A stretch of 64,000 bases of DNA from Ruditapes philippinarum (GCF_026571515.1 NW_026859978.1:124001-188000), one strand, 5' to 3'. Positions 26,801 through 39,402 are shown, numbered from the stretch's first letter. Notes: generated by a model not told the origin, from the letters alone. Translations and numbers: made by a program.

Positions 26801-29800
26801 TTTTTCCTAAGCATTGAACACTGAACTTTTTGACAACTTTAGCTGTATAAAATGTATCTGTTTTTTTATTTAATGATTTTGTTTGAAAGGAGATGACTAT
26901 GCACACAGCAAGGACATGGTCGCCTGCAATCCTAGAATCATTAATTTATACAATCATTTCTTGCTTTAACATCACAAAATCAGTGAATAAATACATTGAT
27001 CATATATCTTTATTAAATGCTCACTCAAAACAGTCTCTTACATTAAAGTACATATATTTAGGCCAATAAAAAATATATTTGGTGGTAGATAAATGATAAC
27101 TAGAAATGTGTCATCATGCCACGGATGCCCCCGCATGCAGCCAAAATTTCAGATGTTATAATATTTAGTTCCAAATTTGTTTGCACAAATTATTGTTTTC
27201 ATTTTAAGTTCAAAGCCCTTAAAACTTTTCAATGTTAACACAAACCATTTTCATACAATGTTCAAGGCACTGAAATTATTCAGTCTTATCCTTTTGAAAA
27301 TAGCATATTTCATATTTGTAGCCAAAATAATGGCTACATACATTTCCACAAAAGTATGTCAGTGCTGAAACTGAAAGTTCAAAATTTTATCCAATATTCA
27401 AGAAAGATAAGTTTGTCCAAAATCATTGAACCACGACCAAATTCAAACTTAAACTGTCTATTCCTAAGATGTATCTATATTATTTTCAAAGTGAAAGGGA
27501 CATAACTCTGCCAAAAAATCATCGAACCATGACCAAATTCCAACTTGACCTGCCCATTCCTTTGACATATCCATATGTCAAATTTGAGTTGAATATGTAA
27601 CACTGTTGGGTAGATAATGAACAGAAACTGTAAATTTCATATTTTTTTCAAAGTGAAAAGGGCATTACTCTGCCAAAAATTATTGAACCATGACCAAATT
27701 CGAACTTGACCTTGGCATTCCAAAAAAATATCAATATGTCAAATTTGAGTTGAATGTGTTGTACTGTTGGGGAGATAATAAACAGAAACTGAAAATTTCA
27801 TATTATTTTCAAAGTAAAAGGAGCATAACTCTGCCAAAATTCATCGAACCATGACCAAATTCAAACTTGGCCTGTATTTTCTCATGACATATCCATATGT
27901 CAAATTTGAGTTGAATGTGTTGTACCGTTGGGGAGATAATGAACGGAAACTGAAAATTTCATATTATTTTCAAAGTAAAAGGGGCATAACTCTGCCAAAA
28001 ATCATCGAATCATGACCTAATTCGAACTTGACCTGTATTTTCTCATGACATATCCATATGTCAAATTTGAGTTGAATGTGTTGTACGGTTGGGGAGATAA
28101 TGAACGGAAACTGAAAATTTCATATTATTTTCAAAGTAAAAGGGGCATAACTCTGCCAAAAATCGTTGAACCATGACCAAATTCGAACTTGACCTGTATT
28201 TTCTCATGACATATCCATATGTCAAATTTGAATTGAATGTGTTGTACCGTTGGGGAGATAATGAACGGAAACTGAAAATTTCATATTATTTTCAAAGTAA
28301 AAGGGGCATAACTCTGCCAAAAATCATCGAACCATGACCAAATTCGAACTTGACCTGTATTTTTTCATGACATATCCATATGTCAAATTTGAGTTGAATA
28401 TGTGCAACCGTTACTAAGATAATGAACGGAAACTGATGATGACGGAATGACAGAATGACGGAATGACGGAAGGACGGAATGACGGAATGACGGAAGGACG
28501 GAATGACGGAAGGACGGAACAGGGTAACACTATATGCCCCGGCCATTACATGGCGGGGGCATAAAAATAGGGCTGATAGGTTGAGAATGTTTTTTAACCC
28601 TTTCCCTCATGAGCATATTGCGAAAATGGCCGTTTTCATTGAAAAGCCTCCTGTTACAAGTTCAAACTGCTATGAAACTATGAAAAATGCTTCAATACTA
28701 ATCAAACTTGGCACAAATCTTGACTGGACCATTGCCTTTGTAATGACATGCTCAGTCTTACGGTAAATTTCCTGTTACCATGGCAATGAGGGGACATCTC
28801 AAAATTGCCAAAAATCACTATTTGGTGTTGATTTTTTCATAGAGATTCATTTCAAAGTGCTGCAACTTCTCAATGGATTGAGATAGAGTCAAAGGCTTTT
28901 CAGCGTTGGTTACACATTACCTTATGATCAACCTGGGGTCATTTTTAGCCTCACAAGTCCAAAATTTTCTTGGCGATGAGGGGGACTACTGCCCCTCCCT
29001 TCAAACCCCCCAAACGAAAGGGGGCATATCCCCCTTCTGGAAACCCCCTGATGTACCTTTTTGATAGGGAACGGCGCCAAAAAAGTGATTTTTTTTTTAG
29101 AAACATTTTCCAAACAAAACAGTGTTTGGGGCCTTAATAGGGTAATTTGTCATTGTTTGAGGCCTCAAAAGGGGGGGGGGGTCGAAAAGCTGTCAAAACA
29201 CGTCTATATGAAGTAAAGAGTTAACACCAATTCATTTTAACTGTCCTACTGATACTCTATGTGACCGTGGGTTGTTTTTCAAATATCTTTTGTTTTATTT
29301 GTATTTTCCTTCTTTTTTATCAGATTTACATTTATATAAACATTTTATTCTTTAGCAGAAATGATAAAAAGGCTTTAAAGCATGAATTCTTAACATTGAA
29401 TAAATTGTGTGATTGGAACACAATGAATTGTGTAATATTTTCATTACAATTATTTATGGATCCCCTGTATTACATGGTTGTAGTTTCATACTGTGTTTGT
29501 TTTATTCCAAGGTACAATTTATGATATGAAAATAGTAGGATTTGTTATTATCTTTTTTTAATTATTAAACAAATGATATAGTCAGCATGTAAATGAGAAT
29601 AGTCAAATTTCCTGAACCATGTATAATACATAAATATGGCCTATGTTGTAATTAATGCATAAACATTTAATAAACATTTATGACAAAGCACTTTAACTGT
29701 TATCTTACACACACTTCATTTTATCAGCTATGTATATTATCTACCAAGGTCATTATCCACCTTTCAAGCTTATATTGATATAAGATAATAATATCAACAC

Positions 29801-32800
29801 AGAAATAGTTTCATGAACTCATCAATATTATCCTTGCAATACTTTGAAGTATCATAAACAAAATTTTAGTTTCACTTTTTACCCTTATTTTTCCGAATTT
29901 CTTATATTGACATGTCCAGCTTGATTATCAATTTTGATGATATCTAGATGAAAATTTTATGGGAAGTCAGCCAACAGTATAGAGCCTAGTCACACTAAAC
30001 CAGGGGTCAACAAATTTTTAGGAACTTGTCCTGCAGGACGAGAGCTAAATATTTTCATTACTCCTGCTGCCTTGTCCTGCAGTTCACTAACGGAAAATGA
30101 AATTAACTGACTATACCAACACACATATTATTGTAATTTTGTATTTATTTCCTTATACTGTTATTGAATGTGAAATAAACTAAAGAATTTGTTTACCCAT
30201 GTCACTGTTTTACTTATGTGAAATGACAAGGTTTTGGCAGTAGAAAAGATTGTTGTATCAGGAATCACTGCAACAAGCATATGCCACCATAATAGAAAAC
30301 TTGAAATATGTTTTTAAATGAATAAAGAATTGAATTGAAACTGTAAAATTGATTATTTCTCCAATTAATTTGACTAGTCCTGTAAGGCACAATTGAAGTC
30401 AATTGCTATTAAGTCTCTTTATTACTAGCAAAAAGCAGATTTGTCAAGCCCAGTTTTTACACTGATGTACAGGCTGGTCTGGCCCTATATTTGTGGCATG
30501 TGCAGACTCGCAAAAGACTTATTACTTTCAGTTTCAGCAGCTGAAGGGTTCAACTTAATCAACTGATACATGTATTGCTAATGTTACATTTCTTCAAGAA
30601 AATCATACCTTTCCATCTTTCATCATTTTCTCTTGGCTTGACTGTGTAATGTGTGGTTATTTTTGGAAATGATGATTCAGGAAATGAATGTGAACATCGT
30701 ATCACATTGTAAACTGAAAATAGAATGTACAACAATGATATTTATCTCAAATCATAACATGAATCCTCACATTCAACTTTTTTCATGACTTTAGTGGAAT
30801 AACTCTTTGAAAACTTTTTAGTCAAAAATGAGGCAAAATTTTGTCATAAATAATGAAAGAGTAATATATACTTGCTTGTAAGTTCAAACATTGGTCATAA
30901 AGCAAGTACATGTGCTGTAGTCTAACTTTTAAAGCAAAACCTCAAAAGTGTTGAGTGAAAAAGATAATCTGATTTTTTTTTAATATATGGGGGCATAAGT
31001 TTGTTAAAATCAGTTAAAGAGTTTTATACACGTAACAGTATCATAAAACAATACCTTAAGCTCAACATGTTCCATGAAAAGGATTTAAATCTTTACTTAT
31101 GATGCTTAATTATTTCAATTTTTTAAATTATTTGAATTTTTTTAGGGGATCTTTTGCAATACAAACATGTTATCTATAGTTTTATAAAAAATTTAATTAA
31201 TACTGAAATCATGTTAAAAGCTTGTTAAAATGCTTGATATTAAAACAAGAGCCTGGATAATGTAGAATTTGTCCAAAATTGTCCATCATTTGAATCTATC
31301 CAAAATTGGCCATAATTCAATCAAAATCCATGGGAGAGTAAAGGGCCTTGTACAGTTACCTCCTATTGAGTGTTTAAAGTTTTGGAGAAACCAACAGGCA
31401 ACTTGCACAAAAAACTGAGGCAACTTGCACAAAAACAGAACCAATGTGTGATGGTGAAGGCGATGCTGGGGCAAGTACAATAGCTCTCCTTTATTCTTTG
31501 CTTATTCGCTTATTCATCACAAAGTCAAACTGATAAGCATCAATTTAGAATTTTTAAATTTGTATCTATTTGCACACAGCTACAATTATTATCAGTTTAG
31601 ACTTTTTAAGTTTGTATCTATTTGCACATTGCTACAATCATTTTAAGGGAAGTGGCTAGTCATACATGCTCCTTATAGCAAGCTCAAAGACTTGCTCGCA
31701 AAGGGAGCTGTACGGTAACCCGAGTACCTGCTAGGGAGTGCATGATGGTTTTAAAAAATTTTGTCTTTGTCAGAAGTACTGAATTGACACATCACAACTT
31801 TTGGAATAACAAGTTAATGATAAAAGCCAAGGAAATTAATTCTGATTGAAAATGGATGCGTAGACTGGTGTTCTGCGCACATTTATAGGAACCATGCAGG
31901 GCTTTATTTCCTTCAATAGCTAGGGGCCGTAAAAGGGCTGCTTCCCCAAAGAAAAATTCTTTAAAATCATACAGTTTTCCGAAAAAATTGAATTCACATC
32001 ATTAGTTTACTCTTCCCCTTTTGAAATAAATCGTGTAATTTTCCCCCAAAATTAAGGGCAGGGCTGCTTCCCCAACCTGTGAAAAAAAGCCCTGCCATGA
32101 ATAAAAGGAAGCAGTGTATGAAATACCGAATGACAGTTTTAAAACGTAAAATAAAAATGAATGAATAATTTCACGCTTTTTCACAGTAAAAGTAAATCAA
32201 GCTAGCTTTGAGGCTTTGCCTTTTATATATTACTGCTTGCCAAACATTCCATTGATAAGTGAGCCACTTCACTTTGTGATTTCTAAAATTCTTTGTGATT
32301 GCATAAATTTGTAAGACCAAAACAGTTTAATTTTTTTCTAGCCCTGTTTGCATCTGAACTTGTAACCCTTTTCAAGTCAAGTACTCAAGAAGGATATAAA
32401 CAGACATAGCCTTCGGGTATGATGACTATTTTGTTATATAAATCAAAGTTATATAACATTAATTTGATAATTCTGTGTGACATGTTTATTTCATACGTTC
32501 ATTTAATAAAATCATCACATCAAATGTTTCATAATTCATAAATGAATAAAATACAATTTTATATCACATTTCATTCACCATTTTCTATATTATGAAATAA
32601 AACTGTCTATAAATCTACAAAACAAACGTTATACATAGTGACCTCTAAACTGCTAAATATCTAACTGCCAAAACAAGACAGTATTTTCACATAAAAAACC
32701 AAACGGTTTGAACAAATCATTCAGAAAATAAACAATGACTCAATAAAAGTTATATCTACGGAGATAAAGTCAAACATCACGAAGAAGATTTCATTTACTT

Positions 32801-32845
32801 ACATGAACTTTTGCAAACATTGACAGCACGTACGATCGACGCCAT
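17897..32845 (-). CDS. ETFDH: Electron transfer flavoprotein-ubiquinone oxidoreductase, mitochondrial (607 aa); exons 32803-32845, 30609-30713, 25935-26087, 25437-25513, 25029-25110, 23940-24058, 23677-23754, 23289-23501, 22164-22235, 21500-21643, 19880-20048, 19290-19472, 18551-18772, 17897-18060
   Basis: Fourteen GT-AG exons join into a 1824-nt open frame. Motifs: ITTHYT, FAD-binding [65 protein letters not shown], and 4Fe-4S ligands RFCPAGVYE...[17 protein letters not shown]-terminus GPAYNGM*. Confidence 0.97.
22258..23369. repeat. Tandem duplication (~525-540 bp) of the 3' end of ETFDH exon 8 plus the following intron; copies 22258-22782 and 22829-23369
   Basis: Two near-identical blocks both begin ttagtt.tttaatcataaaatttaaggctaagagagcccag. 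They are separated by a 46-bp HINE-type terminus. Confidence 0.92.
22702..22782 (-). pseudogene. Duplicated partial ETFDH exon ([27 protein letters not shown]) with intact gtaagt donor
   Basis: 81-nt copy of 23289-23369 with 3 substitutions. Confidence 0.8.
25624..25784. mobile_element. Family-A MITE, truncated
   Basis: Left TIR intact; right TIR broken after gatcagactg. Confidence 0.8.
27098..28567 (+). mobile_element. Helentron-associated (HINE/pearl-like) element with 161-bp internal tandem array
   Basis: Starts aactagaaatgtgtc...gatgccccc. About 6 tandem 161-bp units (ggggcataactctgcc at 27981, 28142, 28303). (GACGGAAT/GACGGAAG)n at 28441-28519. 3' hairpin atgccccggccattacatggcgggggcat followed by aaaaa. 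Confidence 0.85.
28598..29220. mobile_element. piggyBac-like non-autonomous element
   Basis: ttaa|ccctttccctcatgag...ctatatgaagtaaagag|ttaa. Confidence 0.6.
31674..32260 (+). mobile_element. Interspersed element copy 1 (inverted partner of 34297-35127)
   Basis: Shared blocks gctcgcaaag.gagct.tacggtaa..cgagtacctgcta, gcgtagactggtgt.ctgcgcac, gaagcagtgtat.aaataccgaatgaca.ttttaaaacg and gct.gctttgagg.tttgcctttt. Confidence 0.8.
31897..32094. mobile_element. CAGGGC-terminated MITE with 5-bp TSD (nested)
   Basis: ccatg|cagggcttt...aaagccctg|ccatg. Confidence 0.75.
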
Positions 32846-34030
32846 GTTTTCGGTGTACCGGTAACTTTCTGCAAGGATATTTCAGACGCGGTATGCCTAA
32901 AATACGAAAGTGAGATTTTTGACGAAAGTGAGCGAAAGTGAGCGAAAGTGACTTTTAAAATTTGAATTGTACCGTTTTAATAGAATTTCACAGTGAATTT
33001 TCTGTTTGTGGACGTATATTATTAGCAACTTCTAATATATCTTTTCAAAAATAATCACTAATATAGTCTATGATGATTTAAATGCCATTTATTTGCATAA
33101 TTTCTATACACAAGTTCTGAGATCTTCCTTTCGCTCACTTTGAAAAATACGACAGTGACTTGTAAATTATTAAATATGGAATTGAAATTTTTACTAAAAT
33201 TGCAGTCTGCAGACGTATATTATCAGAAATCTATAATTTTTATTTAAAAAAATAATCATTATGATCTTTAATCACCATTTATTTGACATAATTTCTATAT
33301 ACAAGTTCAGCAATCTTCCTTTCGCTCACATAGAAAATACGAAAGTGACTTCTAAAATATAGTGTTTAATTGAAATATAGTGTTGAATATCAAATTATTT
33401 ATTTCTGATGTTATATGTTTACAAACTGCAATTTAAGTACATTTTTCAATTCAAACTCTATATTTGATACTTTACAAGTCACTTTCGTATGTTTCGAAAG
33501 GAAGATCGCTGATGTGTATTTATAGAAATTATGCAAAAAAAAAAAATGGGGTATAAAACTTTAAATCATCATAATGATTAATTTAGAAAATAAATAATAG
33601 TAATTTCTTATAATATACGTTTACAAACTGCAGATATAGTACATTTTCAATTTAAACTCTAAATTTAATACTTTACACGTCACTTTCGTATTTTTATATG
33701 CAAGTGAAAGGAACAGTGCTGAACTTGTATATAGAAATTATGCCAATAAATGGCGATTAAATCATGATTATGGTTATTTATTATAATACATATAATAAGT
33801 TGCTAATAATATACGTATGCAAACAGCAATTTTACTGTAAAATTCTATTTAAACAGTACAATTCAAATTCTAAAAGTCACTTTCGCTCACTTTCGCTCAC
33901 TTTCGTCAAAAATCTCACTTTCGTATTTTAGGCAAACCCATTTCAGACGAGCATATTTTGTTAATTTACACCGTTTGATAGAGCAAGACAAAAACAATAA
34001 TTGAAATTTAAATTAAGATCTTCTAGTGTA
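32840..34030. promoter_or_regulatory. Probable bidirectional promoter ETFDH/MED7, with putative MED7 non-coding exon ending at 34027
   Basis: The ETFDH ATG at 32845 overlaps a YY1-type CGCCATnTT. The MED7 ATG has an acceptor 9 nt upstream (38149-38150), so a 5'UTR exon is needed. A strong donor gtaagt at 34028 is the best candidate. Confidence 0.55.
32889..33939. mobile_element. Foldback / MULE-like non-autonomous element, 1.05 kb
   Basis: Long imperfect TIRs (tgcctaaaatacgaaagtgagatttttgacgaaagtgagcgaaagtgagcgaaagtgac... and its reverse complement). Internal ~190-bp subrepeats. 9-10-bp TSD atttcagac(g) at 32879 and 33940. Confidence 0.88.
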
Positions 34031-34296
34031 AGTAAATTTGCTTAACTAAGTAAATGCATTAGCTTGTAAAACAAATCTTCTTCTGTGCCTTTACCTGTTG
34101 AGTTGCATGATTTCTTTGTCTGATATAATTTGTAAATGATTATGATTCGCTCGGAAAATATAACGGTTCGTCCCACTGACGATTCGCCCCACTTAAGTGA
34201 CAATCCGCCCCATGTTAAACTTATTGAATTAATTTCATTATTTAACAACTTAGTTAATTAATCAGTTATTCGTTACTTGAAGCAGATTCTTAAACA

Positions 34297-35127
34297 GACT
34301 TGCCAATGGCATTTCCTATTATAGGAATAATATGAAAAAGGCAAATCCTCAAAGCGAGCTCGATTTTCTTTTACCGTAAGATAGTTTAAAATAAATTAAT
34401 CGTTCATTTTTTTTCTTTATTTTACATTTTCCGTTTTAAAATTGTCATTCGGTATTTTATACACTGCTTCCAGGGCTTTTTTTCCTTCTGTAACAGGGGC
34501 CGATATAAGGCCCCTTCACAATTCAAAATTGCACTTTTTTTCACAAAGTGGCGGAAAAAAATTCACAATTTTAAAAGAAATTTCACAAAATATTGGAACT
34601 TTGTCTTTGAAATACATTATTTACCTTCTGGTAAAACATGATTTACGCCAATTTCAAGAACACAGAAATAGTTTTAATCAAGTTAAATGGTTTTAGCACA
34701 TGTTAAGCAGGTTAAAGAAAAGACTTGAAGCAGATTTTCCGGTTTCATAATGTCACTAAATGCCAAATAATATGTTGTTTTTTTTCCACAATTTTATTAC
34801 ATAATTCATATCGCACATTTTTTTCACAAAATGAACAGGTCCAGGCCCCTTCACAATTTTGACAAAAAATGCCCTGGCTTCCGTTTATTCTGGTTCCCCC
34901 TTTCTATTATGGTTCCTATATAAGTGCGCAGGACACCAGTCTACGCTTCTGTTTTCAATCAGAGTACATCAGCTTTTATCATTATCTTGTAATTCAAAAA
35001 GTTGCGATGTGTCCAATTCGGTACTTCGGACGAAAGTTTTCAAAACCATCACTTAGCAGGTACTCGCATTACCGTAAAGCTCGCTTTGCGAGCAGGCCCT
35101 TTGGGCCAGCTCGTCGAGCTCACTATA
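34297..35127 (-). mobile_element. Interspersed element copy 2 (inverted partner of 31674-32260)
   Basis: The reverse complement aligns block by block with 31674-32260. Confidence 0.8.
34471..34876. mobile_element. CAGGGC-terminated MITE with 5-bp TSD (nested)
   Basis: gcttc|cagggctttt...aaaaatgccctg|gcttc. Confidence 0.75.
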
Positions 35128-35387
35128 TTATATCAGTGATAACACTGGATAATACAACAAACAGGGTTTCTATTCTACTGTTAATGTTTATTCTTATATG
35201 AACTGTAACATGTAGGAGAAGAATTTTATAAGACATGTTGTCTTTCTAATCCTTTTTTAAGAATATTTGAAAATTTTGCTCTCTGTATATTGTAAATTGT
35301 AACATGTATAATAATATATGTTTAAAGTAACATGTAAACCTAATTTTATCAAATAAGCTATCTGCATGAATTTATGTATGCTGGATA

Positions 35388-36823
35388 CGAGGGTTGTTCA
35401 AAAAGTAATAGGACTGCAGTTCTACTGTTCAAATTTTTTAATTTACGTGCACAATTTTATAAGATAATAATATCGGAACATATCCTCTATATACAGTGCA
35501 AAAATCAATAAAATATGTTTAAAAATAACGAGTCTGTGTAAATTTCAAATGACAAGGGGTACGCCACCCGGCGCACGCTAACAGCATAATAGATGACGTT
35601 TGTGACGTCGTAAAATAAAAACAAAATGTATCAAGCCGCACCCCGTCTGAAAGAATTCTGCCTAGTGTTCTAGGTGTCTAAATCATGTAACTTAGACCAG
35701 ACCTCATATGTTGAGATGAAGCGAAAAACAAAACGATCACATTGTTGGAGAAAAAAAAAGCCCGATAGCCGGCCACTCACCGCTTTTTCTCTTATTCTTG
35801 TATCTTATAGTAATCAATATAGATTAAACAGGCATGAACTTATGATGTTAATGAAAAAGCGATTAATAGAATTATTTTACACAAATCATCTTACCTTCTT
35901 TAAACAATATAGTTATGTAAGTAAAATAGCAATAGTTTTCAACTGAAAAGTATATTTTCCTAGTAGGAACAGCGTATCGTTTTCAAAATAATATCGGGGA
36001 AAATATTAATAATTACCGTTAATCTTTATAACATTTATAACATTAATTTATTGATAACACGTAAATCTAGTTAAATGAAATTAATAGAATTTTGTTTGAA
36101 ACAAATCATTTGGGCAGAACTGAATCGATAGACCCAATGCAGAAATCAAACATGCCTGACAGTTCGTGGACTGTTTACCGTCGATCATTTTGTAGCGCTT
36201 TTTTCATTTGACGTCACTAACGTCACGTCAATTTCCCGCTATCATTTTCATCCTTTCCTGTTTGTGATTTCGTATGTGCAGTTTTTGAGATGTTTGCGCA
36301 AGCTGAGAACGAGTATCCTGATAACCGATTAATTGCACTGTGTTAATTTTATGTTTTCATATGTATCTGAAGGAGTATCGCCAATTTGTTTGCAAAGTTT
36401 AACGATCGCACACATTTTCAGTTTTTTAACAAACGTCAAATTTCTACATTTAACGTTATGACCACTGCTGTTCAAAGCTTGATGATTAGGCATTCCATGT
36501 CTGAATGACGTCAAATTTGGGCATAAGGTCACTTAAATATAATAAATTGTGTTGGTGGAATAAATGGGGGAAAATGAAAATAAATTATGAATAAAAAAGA
36601 AGTTCAACTAAGCTTCAATAACCTTTTTATGTGCTGCGCCAGGTGCGTGTTACCATGGTTATTCAATAACACAGGGAACACGCGTTAAGCATAAGAATTC
36701 AATATTTTTATGTTTAAATTGAAGAAAACATTTTTCGATCGCTGTACATATAAAAATATTCTAAATTGAATTGAATATCAAGATGCAAGACTCTTAGTCC
36801 TATTACTTTTTGAACAACCCTCG
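35388..36823 (-). mobile_element. Non-autonomous mariner-family element
   Basis: ta|cgagggttgttcaaaaagtaataggact...agtcctattactttttgaacaaccctcg|ta, a perfect 28-bp TIR with TA TSD. The minus-strand relic MCAIVKLCKQIGDTPSDTYENIK resembles the mariner N-terminal HTH. No DDD core is visible. Confidence 0.85.
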
Positions 36824-38159
36824 TATAAGCATCTGTCATAACAATTTTTCTGTTGATACACATGTTTATATTTAAAGATCCTGTATGTTGTAATTAGGGT
36901 TGCTACCACATGTGGTGGTGTTGGCAGTTTTCACTCCGTATCACGACAGGAAGCCACATTGAGTTACCAGAGCACCGTTTAACCGCCGCATCGTTCCTGG
37001 GCAGGCTGTCAAGCAGTATACCAGTACTAGTTTCCTTCACTTTTGCAAGGAACTGAAATATCAATTCTGTACATACAAGAGCAGAGGTACATATATATAA
37101 TATGTATATAATTATGCTTCTAAAACAATTTTCAGACATCGAAGAATATGTAAAATATGTACTGCAAATATTTGTCCCCATTATATGATAAACAGATAAT
37201 GTAATCATTAAAATATATGCTTTCATTTCTTATTGGAAAAAAATGGCTTAGACTTATAAAATAAATTTCTAATTACCTCCCTTTTTTAACATGAAATGTA
37301 AATTCGGTAATATCTTTACAAATAATACTTTTTGGAACTTACAATATTGATGAATCTTCATTTGAGCATTATATTTTTGATATAAAACCCTGAAAAAATT
37401 GAGTTACAGGATCTTTTAGACATTTACACAAATTTTGTTATAACCACATTCTATGTGAAAGCTTCCCAGATACATGTAGCTAATAGCATGTTCACTTTGG
37501 GTTCTTCTCGTACTGTTGATGGTTGCTGCTAGTGCCTAAAAAAAATGCCTGGATAGGTTAAGGTACATGTACCTGCGGTGTGAAACGATTACTTGTGATT
37601 ATGCCTGACAGCTATTTAGAGCTGACGATTTGATTACCAATTCATCATGGTGGTACATGTATTTCAATTTGATTTATTCAATACCACTATTTTCGCATGA
37701 ATATCTGTTACAGTACTATCTGTTATAAACCCTTTAACAAAGGTTTTCTAAGCAAGTGTCTCTTCAATGGTTCTGTGTTTTCGCTTATCCTTTTTAAAAT
37801 GTATAATGTAAACATGAAAATGTCACTTGTGCTGTTTATAAATTGAAGGTAAACCACAAAATGTAGCAAAATTTTGTTTTTGAAGTATTCCCAATAAAAA
37901 TATTCAATGTTAACATAGCCAGAGTGAGTAATTGAAAAGCAAGTAATAGATAAGCAAAGCAAAAATCAAGAATCAAATTGAGAGATAGCTGAATCGTAAC
38001 AACCCTATTTTCCCTATATTCCATCACCAGTTAAATTGAATAGTTGCCATTTGAAGTTAAGTGTCTGTTACATCTTTTAAACTCAACCATTTGATAATTT
38101 TATTATACATTTACACTGTTCATCTACAATGAATGAAATGTGTTTTTCAGTGTGAGAAT

Positions 38160-39402
38160 ATGGGGGAACCTCAGCAGGTCAGTGCATTTCCTCTACCACC
38201 GATGCAATATGTTAATCAATACACAGATGAGAATGTAAAAAGAGGTCGTGCAGCACCACCACCTCTTCCAATTCAGGTATAATATAACCCTCATTATTTA
38301 AAAGTGTGCATGGTTGACCGTTGAGTCACTTAAATATAGTTTCATACAAGTGTTAGTATCTCTTTATTGAATATGTTTTCATATATTTTTTAGCAAATCA
38401 GTTTGGTTTGGCTGAATCTAAATATTATAACTTCTCCATGGATCATCATGTTAAACTTAGTTTGTAGCATACTAAAATAGTGAAGTTATGATTATGCAAA
38501 TTAATTTGGTAACTATGTTCTATTGAATGGCAACTAGAGAAAAGAATAATGAAAAATATTATAACTTTTTTCATGAATCTGATATCATATCCATTTTTGG
38601 CTATGCATGGAAGGGCATCTTAGGTCTTACTTCATCAGTAAAGCTGAAAAGTTGCCATATGACATATGCTGTGTTAGTGTGTTTTAATACCCAACCAGGT
38701 TAAAAAAAACAAAAAACTTTTCATACCTTTGCTAGTAATGGTTCTCATGTAAGGAATCTAGTGCCATTATTGTCTTTTGTATTGTTTTTTTGTCAGAACC
38801 TTTTTTCTTACAGAGAAATAATTTCCTGCAAACTCAAATAATAGATTTATATATTTCAGGATACATACACAATGTTTGGAAACACATTTACAGCAGATGA
38901 CATGATAGTGCGCCCTTTAGAATCTCAGGGTTTTAGAAGACTTCATCCACAGACTTACGATCATAAACGTGAACTTAAGAAATTAAACCATTCAATACTT
39001 GCAAACTTTCTCGATTTATTAGACATCTTAATAAAAGCTCCAGACTCACCTAAAAGAAATGAGAAATTAGAAGATCTGAATTTACTGTTTATTCATATGC
39101 ACCATCTGATAAATGAGTTTCGACCGCACCAAGCACGTGAAACGTTACGAGTTATGATGGAGCTTCAGAAAAAAAGACGCCATGAAGTCGCTGAAAGATT
39201 TCAGGTGCATTTAGACAAAGTAACTGAGTTAATTCAGAAAAGTTTAGCAGCATTGCCGGATGAGTTCAGTCTAGACTCGAAAGTTTTGGTGAAAAGTGAG
39301 ATATTGACATCGGAAATGGGTGCGGCGGAACAGAGACGGGATAACGAGGAGTGTGATCAGCTTGACCGAATGATGTGTGACATTGTCGATGGTTTAAACT
39401 GA
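38160..39402 (+). CDS. MED7: Mediator of RNA polymerase II transcription subunit 7 (219 aa); exons 38160-38276, 38860-39402
   Basis: N-terminus [17 protein letters not shown]. Core motifs [29 protein letters not shown] and [26 protein letters not shown]. One phase-0 GT-AG intron. Confidence 0.97.

Noticed and set aside
28292-28766. ORFs with SVIPSFRH repeats
   Set aside because: Translation of the HINE microsatellite and array.
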